Origin: Porphyridium purpureum
Taxonomy: Eukaryota
Direction of reading: 5' to 3'
Length of the DNA stretch: 64,000 nt
Assembly (NCBI GenBank): GCA_008690995.1
Contig: VRMN01000020.1
Span: forward strand, 1-64,000
The notes below the pieces were generated by a model, which worked only from the letters and a program-made list of their open reading frames with translations, searched no databases and was not told the origin of the DNA. A program made the position numbers and the translations under genes. Below are positions 56,901 to 64,000 of the stretch, one piece after another (position 1 is the stretch's first letter; each line of letters starts with the position of its first letter).

Positions 56901-59900
56901 CTGCGATGCTATTGCTGTGAGCTCTGGCTCCTCTTTTTCTCTAGCTGGAGTCACAGAGTATGCATCGTACGACTATGCATATTGAAAAACCAGTGCGCTT
57001 CTTGAAGTGCAAAGGCCGCTAAAAGTTGCTCGGGGAAGAGTGCTCACTGTCCTTGGACAATAAGAAGTGCGTGTTCCGATGGGAAGTGTGACATTCTTGT
57101 CGCTTTGCCTCTTTCTGGTTTCCGAAAGAATACCAATCCTACTGGATAATTATGTGCAGGAGCGTCCTTGCATGAACCTCATCCAATGACCACGTCCTCC
57201 ACGCCTGAGGGGGCCTGGCTTAATGATTCTACTCAGCTACATAATATCAGAATATTATTCTGTTGGTTTTACACGCATGCACGAGAAAGGTCCAGTCCAA
57301 GTGGTCATTCCGAAAGAAATTCATTGCTTGATACGGTGGACGTGGTCATGGCATTTTGCAGTCAATATGTATACACCAGCACCAAAAAAATAGCAAAGTT
57401 CGTGCACTTTTCCAACGAAGCACTCAGCCACGATGAGCCCGCGCTACTGACCACGATCATGCACGAATGTCTCGCTTGTCAGTGGTATGCAGGACGAAGT
57501 ACGAAGAATCTGCAATTATCGAATTCACATTAATCATATGGGAAAGCTCAGTAATCTTATTATCCCAAATGAGAAAGAGGAACATAGCCCGCTAAAAATA
57601 ATTTACGCGCACCGTGATAGCAAGAAACGGTGCATGGCGGCCCAACGCAATAGCGCCTGTGCGCCAAAAATCTTCTCAGCGATTCTTGCGACAGTGATTG
57701 CATCTTTTGAGGTATCCCACCTTATTCGATCAGATCAAGACATGCATGTATATCCAATTGCACAGCACGGATGCTTGGCAGCGCAAAAATAATCATTGGT
57801 GCATTGGCAGGGGAAGCAAGTTGGACCTTGGGCTCCGTCCACAATAGTCCTGGGACTGTGTGACATCTGCAATCGAAAATATGTTGCGAAACAGAAGGTC
57901 TAATTGTTAACGACCGACTCACTATCGCAACCCACACAATGCATTGTACCACGGGACCTGATGGCACAGTGCCTTAAAGTTTTGGCACCATCTGTCCCTC
58001 ACTCTTCTGCCAGAAGTTGCAAAGCACGACCTACTAAAACGTTGAACTGAGCCGACGCTCAAAGCTGAAAACCAATACAAGGTCTCATTTACTCATGAAT
58101 GTCACAAGCTCGCCTATCACGTGCTTCTCCCTGAAGAAGCCCCAGAATACCCATTTTCACTTCTGTGCCGGCAAATGTTTCACCAGCTTGACTTCTATTA
58201 TTCTCGTAGATAAAACAAATCATTCAGTGGTTGAAACGGTTACCGGATGTTTCAGTTTTATCTGATTTGCCTGTTGAGAGGTTTTTGAACCATGGTGACC
58301 AGAGTCTCGATCCGGACAGCCTATTTCTGTGCGTAAGGCGGCTTTTGCGTCGATCAACCATAGCGAAATAGACCATCAGAGGTGATGTACGTGCGCCATC
58401 TAGACACGAGCATCCGAAGTCTTATCTTCACCAATCTAGCCAAAGTTGGCGGGGTGCAAACGCACTGTCCGTAGCTTGTGATGCTTTTCTGCGTCGGCCT
58501 CGGAGTTTGTCTAAGAAAGAAGCCGCGCGCACGGGCGCGAGCTCGTCCAGATAGGGCATACAAGGGAAACGCAAAACATAACAGGCGGTTCAGTTTCAAA
58601 TACAATTGAGGTACCCATACACCAGGGCTTTGCTCGGGAAGTTTTCCATCACGCTCGTCTGCGGCTGTGTGGGAGCGCAAACGCGAAGCTATCGGGGTGC
58701 CATGGCAGACGAGACAAGCCGACGACGGGCCTTGGAGGATAATAATGTGATGTTAGTTGACCTGGGCTGCTGCGGGTGTTAATGTGATAGGAGTTGGTCA
58801 GAGCGCATCACTAGGCAGCCCGTCGTGCGTCTATGAAAGGACATGGCCACGCGCGACTGGCAGACTGAGGCGGGACAGAGAAAAGAAGAGAGGCGCGGCG
58901 GGTAGGTTGGGAGAAGTAAAATTTCGTCGTCGACTGTTGATTCTTTCTTCGCCACGATCTTTGCAGAGAAGAATTGAAAACAAGAATAATTTTGATGTAG
59001 CCTGAAAGTCGAAAGCGTCTGTTCAGCGGTAAAATTTACCTATCGAGTCGTTCTGCGTACAGTTGAAAGTTTCTGTCTATGGAAATGATAGAAGATAAGT
59101 TGCATGTTCCAATCTCCTCGTTTTTCCGTACAGTAATTGCACTGGAAAACAGCCGGACCCTTATAATAATTGGTCGTCCCAGTTATTTTTGGAGGTTCGT
59201 TGCTGTAGATTATAAAGCTCGTCCGCCTCGCGGCGGGCGAGCAGTTCAGAATTGCAAATGGGGGTTCGTGAGTAGTGGTTTGTCTTTTGGTCGGCAGCTC
59301 GAAGCGATGCTCTTTATCAGCTCCCTTTACACGATAGTGTAGCATTTTTGAATGCACATGCCAATTATATTTGCTGAAAAATCCAAATGCGTTTGAAATA
59401 AAGGGTATTTTACGTTTAGAAGGGGCAGAAGTGTACCCCGCCCGAACAATTTGAACTGACCGGTCGCACGGCGTCATGAAACATGATGGAGTCCGCCATA
59501 GAGCTGTTGTGGGGTTCATGTTACGCTCGGTGTGAGAGAGGGTGAGCATGCGGGCGCCAGCGGTCCTCGTCTTGTCGTGGACTAGGTGTGCGCGCAGAAG
59601 CACAAACGGCCCGACAAGCAAACGTAACCCCTTCGACCGTCTACTTGCGACACTTGATGACCTCTTCACCAAACGGGTGAGTTTGGCGGCCGAAGGCTCC
59701 GACCCTGACAGCTACGCCTTCGGCCTAAATGGCTGACTGAACGTAGGAATCAGTTGCGGCAGATGGAGTGCTTTTTCATGCAGCAGCCAGCGCGCCAACC
59801 GTGGGCGTTCAACATCTCGTTTCAGCCATCAAAGGACGAGACCTAGTAAAACCCGACGCAGCGAAGCGATCCAGAACATGGGCAGATCACGGCAATTTCA

Positions 59901-60189
59901 TTGCAATCGACTTCCCTCTTGGATCGTAATTTCATTGACGCACTAACCCCTCGGCCGCACAATGCAAGTCCGAGCCTTCATCCCGCGACCTGTTTGTTCA
60001 ATATCTTAAAAATCAACGTTTAGGTAAAAGTGTCTGCCAGGTACTCTTGCGACACTACACGCTGAAGAGCAGCTAGCTGATCTTTCTGCGCTTCGTGCAT
60101 CTAGATTAAGAGACGTGAGTTCTGTGATGATGGACCAGGCTGTCATTGTGACCCTTCGTAATCGCGGCCAGGGCGGCTCGATGCTAATG

Positions 60190-62400
60190 AAAGCCCGCGG
60201 GGAAGGCTAGCGTCCTCTGTCTTCTTCGACAAACGCGGGCACTGGAAGAAAGCGACCTTGCCAAATCGTATGCGCTGCTATGAGCTCCGCTTTTGCAGTG
60301 CTTTTTACCACTCGTCGCCGTCCAGACGACATCCAGTCGACGAGGTGTGCTGTACCTCTCGATGCTAGAAAGCTTGTTACTTCGGACATCGACCGCCTCC
60401 GTTCGCAATCTCTTTCTCCAAAGTATTTCAGTAAAGACATCCTTCGGTGAGGTGATCGCGCAGCATTGTTTTGCAACTCTCCTGCGTACTTCGTCTTGAA
60501 AACCCACTTGACCAGTGGTGGACAACCGCGACCGTGGTTCACCTCATGAAAAGCGACGGCGGCTTTCTCGGTGCCATTACTTACAACTCCCACCGACGAA
60601 TACCACCTCGGTGACACATGCAAACGCGTAAGAATATACTGGGCGTCTTCCATATCGGCGCGCCCAAAATCCAAGAGATCGACCAAGAAGACATTATTAA
60701 ACCCACGGAAGCGGTCAAGATCGCCGCTTGTGTCAAACCTCCGCACTGCGCATGATCTTTTTCGCTTTGCAAGCGAACACACACCGCAGTCGCCCCGGCT
60801 CGGCATGCACAAAACTAAGTGATCCTAAAACAAGAAGGAGTGGTCACCCATTTGTATATCGCTCAATATGATCACAGTCAATCTAGAATAATGACAAGGT
60901 GGTGCCTGCCGTCATACACAACCACCTGCGTGTCGCACAGAGTTCCCATCGCCGCCACAAAGGGTCTTGCGGTGCCATACGTGATTCGTATTGAACCATC
61001 ACCCAGGCGCACAGTTGACCTTGAGCAAGCTTTCCGGGCGTCCGAGAGAGCGGGTCCAGCCGCACTGCAGGCTATCGGGAAAGCAAATGTCTGGAAAGTG
61101 ACGGTAATTACGATCGCTTTGATCTTGGCGTCGTTTACGTGCGCGTCGACCTCGATTCAGTGGTGCTGATTCAATGGCACTGCCAATCGAGGAGCGTCAG
61201 ATCTGCTTCCTGACTTCCAGAGGCTATTTACCTATTATTAGCTGTACGTGGCTGGAACAACATCATCGCAGTCTACACAATAAAAGCGGCCTTGCCCGGC
61301 TTTCGCTCCTCGGTAATCACGGTTTCGCACTTGTCAGTCACGACCAGCGGAATTTTCTCTTTGATCCTACGTGGTACACTTCCGCGGCCCCGTCGACAAC
61401 GCAGTCCGCCACCCAAAAAAAGCCCGCCGGATGAAGTACCGGATGAAATACCGTCAGAGCACCGTTTCTGGGTCGACGACCCGGGTCCCGCGAAGGGTTG
61501 TGCACTTCCGCTATCGTCGCGATTTCTACGGCTGCCGCGGGCTCCCGCAGAATCCGGGTCAATGTACCCGTAACCGCCTTGTGTGACACCCACCCATTGG
61601 TACGGGCCCGCCACCGACCGAAGCGACTTGAAGGGGTGATTGCGCTTGACGCTCTCCAATGCAGCCTCGTTGCGTCCGGAAGAATCATTTTGTCCGCCTT
61701 CACGGCGCTGCGCAGACATTCGGTGTGATCTTTTGGTTCGTTGGATGTTTTATGAATGCGGACCTTCTCGTTGAGACCTTGTAGGAGAAGAAAGACGCGC
61801 CGACTGTCCGTGATGGTCGGTGCGTGCAGACAAATCGAAGACAATCGCTGCTCGTATTCGTCCACCGACACCTAGCCGTACTTAATTTGTTGCAACTCAA
61901 CTTGAAGCCTCCCTTTGACATTGTGGGGCTCAAATAGTAACCCTACCACGACCATGAATTCGACACTTGTCGTCGGTCGTTCCTGCGGTGCCAAAATTTG
62001 ATACCACGTTTTTCACGTTGCCTTGAAACTACGTGCGGATTGTCTTCACCACTATGCGCTCTTTCATGAACGCCCGGATCATAAAAACGGCCGTTGGCAG
62101 CCGTGGGCCACGGGCTTCCGACGCAGGGAGCTCTCTCACCGTTTTAGAATATCATTGGTGCTGGCTTCAAAGCTTGAGGCATCTTGACGAAAGCCGAGTA
62201 TGAGCCGGCAGATGAGGTAGAATTTTCCGTCTCCCTCGCCTCCGTCATCTGCGCTAGAAGAGCCATGATATCTTGCACGAACCTGGCCGTAATGACCTCG
62301 CGTTTTACATTCAACTGAGCATGCTGCATCGCTGCCATCTTGCTTAATTGCTCGGTATAGGCTTGCTTTACCACCGGCATAAAGTCCTCCAGCACTACCG
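60190..62400 (-). mobile_element. Decayed, internally deleted retroelement resembling element E (Gag, PR, integrase and copia RNase H remnants)
   Basis: SVDEYEQRL...FLLLQGL (Gag-like); CGVCSLAK...GFNNVFLVDLLD (compare CDACASAK...TFNDTVSVDLVD in E); LVDWMSSGRRRVVKSTAKAELIA (copia RNase H). Confidence 0.55.
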
Positions 62401-62699
62401 CCTTAACAGCATCCCAGGCGCTTTATGCTCTTCCGGCCACATAACATCCCGCGCAGGTCATAGTGCAGGCGACCCTCGAACTTTCACATCAAGAGCAAAC
62501 GCCGATAGGCGCTGGAAACCTTTTATGTGGTCAATGACGTTGTATGTGCGGCCGACGTGGACATCTGGTGGGACGCCGAACATGAAGGGATAAGGAGACT
62601 CGCGCACAAAGATACTCGAGCACAAAGGAAGTATCGTGCCGCTGCATACGCTGCCGCCAAGTGCAAACTTTCTGGGTTCCAGATCTTTCAATCAAATCA

Positions 62700-64000
62700 A
62701 GCAAGACCGAAATAAACGGCTAGCTAGGTCGTACTAGGACATCGCGACAAAGAAATAAAGGCACTCAAGGTGGAAGCCCCGTCGCTATCAAAACAAATGA
62801 TGCGCATGGTAGTATCAATGGCTACCGTCAACAGACGAACAGTAAAGTACAGGGACTCCAAAAAGACTTGCCAAAATATCGGTGTTTCCCATGGAAAGAG
62901 ACATCTCCATTTGACTGGGCACAAAAACCCTCGCCATTTTTGAACAAGCGTTGTAGAAGACATTGGCGGAGCACACTTTATTGAAGAAGCCGCTTTCCGC
63001 GTTGTGCGAACCTGGCTGTTCCTAGCATGAGAGCCCACTGCAAGCTCTCAATAAGGAGGGGTTTTAGCCCGGCGCGTTGGGCCCATGCATCATACATTGA
63101 AGCACGCACGGTGCCATCGGCACGCTTGTGGCTAGCGTGTTGGCGAGGGCGACAAAGTTTGCACGAAAACCGACGAGGTAGCTATTCCGACATTGAAGAA
63201 CAAGGGCCGTACTCTGCCGCATTTTATCTTGAATGGCGTGAATTTCGAGCAACAGAAAAACGCGTGTTACAGAATTGGAAACACCACAAGCGTCGAATCC
63301 CTTTCTGGGTGCGAAGACAAATTGAATTGCTGTCGCAGTACCAAGGACTCACAGGCGTACTTGGCCTCGCAAACCCGGCCGGACTTGCTATGCGTGAGCT
63401 CCAAGTTGTCTCAAATCACCGAGATGAAATAAGCACGTGAAGATGCAAAAATCCTTAACGTGGCTTTGCCGGGATTAAAGACGAAACAGAGCACAGGGAT
63501 GCTTCGGTTCGCAGCAAGAGATAGAGGCGAAATCAGATTGCCGGTTGAAGCGGATATCGCGTACGCGACGAATGACAATGCGACGTCCCAGCCGGCTTTC
63601 GTCATCTTCCTCAGAAGTCACACCGAAGTGTCGGTACAAACGCGTGGTACAGTGAGCAGATGTGCGCGTGTGTGTGAGAGGTGCGCCGCTGCCGGAGGAA
63701 CGAGTTTGGCGAGCGCAAGATTCTCCATGATGGCGGCTGTCACATGTAGCGTTTATCGCGTTCTAACTCTGTCGGGCAAGGAGTGATCGTGGTTTGTTTG
63801 CCGACAGGCTGGTAAATGAAGACTCGGATGCAAGCAATCGACTCCTGTGTGGTCGGACGGTGTAGTAGTCGCGGGACGCCAGGCGTGCAGTGAGAAAGTT
63901 TGTTTACACGAGAATGTGCATTTTCTTACTGCGCACTACGCAAAGGCGAGGCAGGTAATAGCCTTCGTGATGGGAGCGGAGCTTCTGTTTCTCTGTTTAG
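62700..64000 (+). mobile_element. Decayed copia-type RT/RNase H remnant
   Basis: YQGLTG followed, after a frameshift, by YLASQTRPDL at about 63340-63390. The rest is fragmentary. Confidence 0.4.

Noticed and set aside
55570..58000. Fragmented ORFs, possibly a decayed gag-integrase (IRSDQ near 57.73 kb)
   Set aside because: Too few motifs to assign; needs a translated homology search.

Overview
Eukaryotic DNA. The GC-rich, apparently intronless genes suggest a unicellular red alga such as Porphyridium, but that is inference only. The window has three blocks. (1) 1-34.2 kb is a transposon pile-up. Four near-identical Ty1/copia copies (family 1, minus strand) are nested or stacked, and one is intact (2863-7818, 1425-aa Gag-Pol, CAGTA target-site duplication) inside a sibling. 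This block also holds decayed and partly intact family-2 copia sequence, two Tc1 elements, a solo LTR, and an unusual LTR retroelement (16094-20535, with an inverted paralogue to 21337). That element joins a Ty3/gypsy-type Gag and protease to copia-ordered integrase-RT and has a Myb/SANT-like domain between integrase and RT; it is the best candidate for something undescribed. (2) 35.2-50.7 kb is a compact cluster of 8 genes: malonyl-CoA synthetase-like, PRP4, RPS26, an ARF-like GTPase with an altered P-loop, two PH-domain CaMK-like kinases, VPS45 and a C2-domain phospholipase D. (3) 51-64 kb is retroelement debris, including two inverted related LTRs that each carry an 11-bp tandem array. All family assignments come from reading motifs by eye; no database searches were run.
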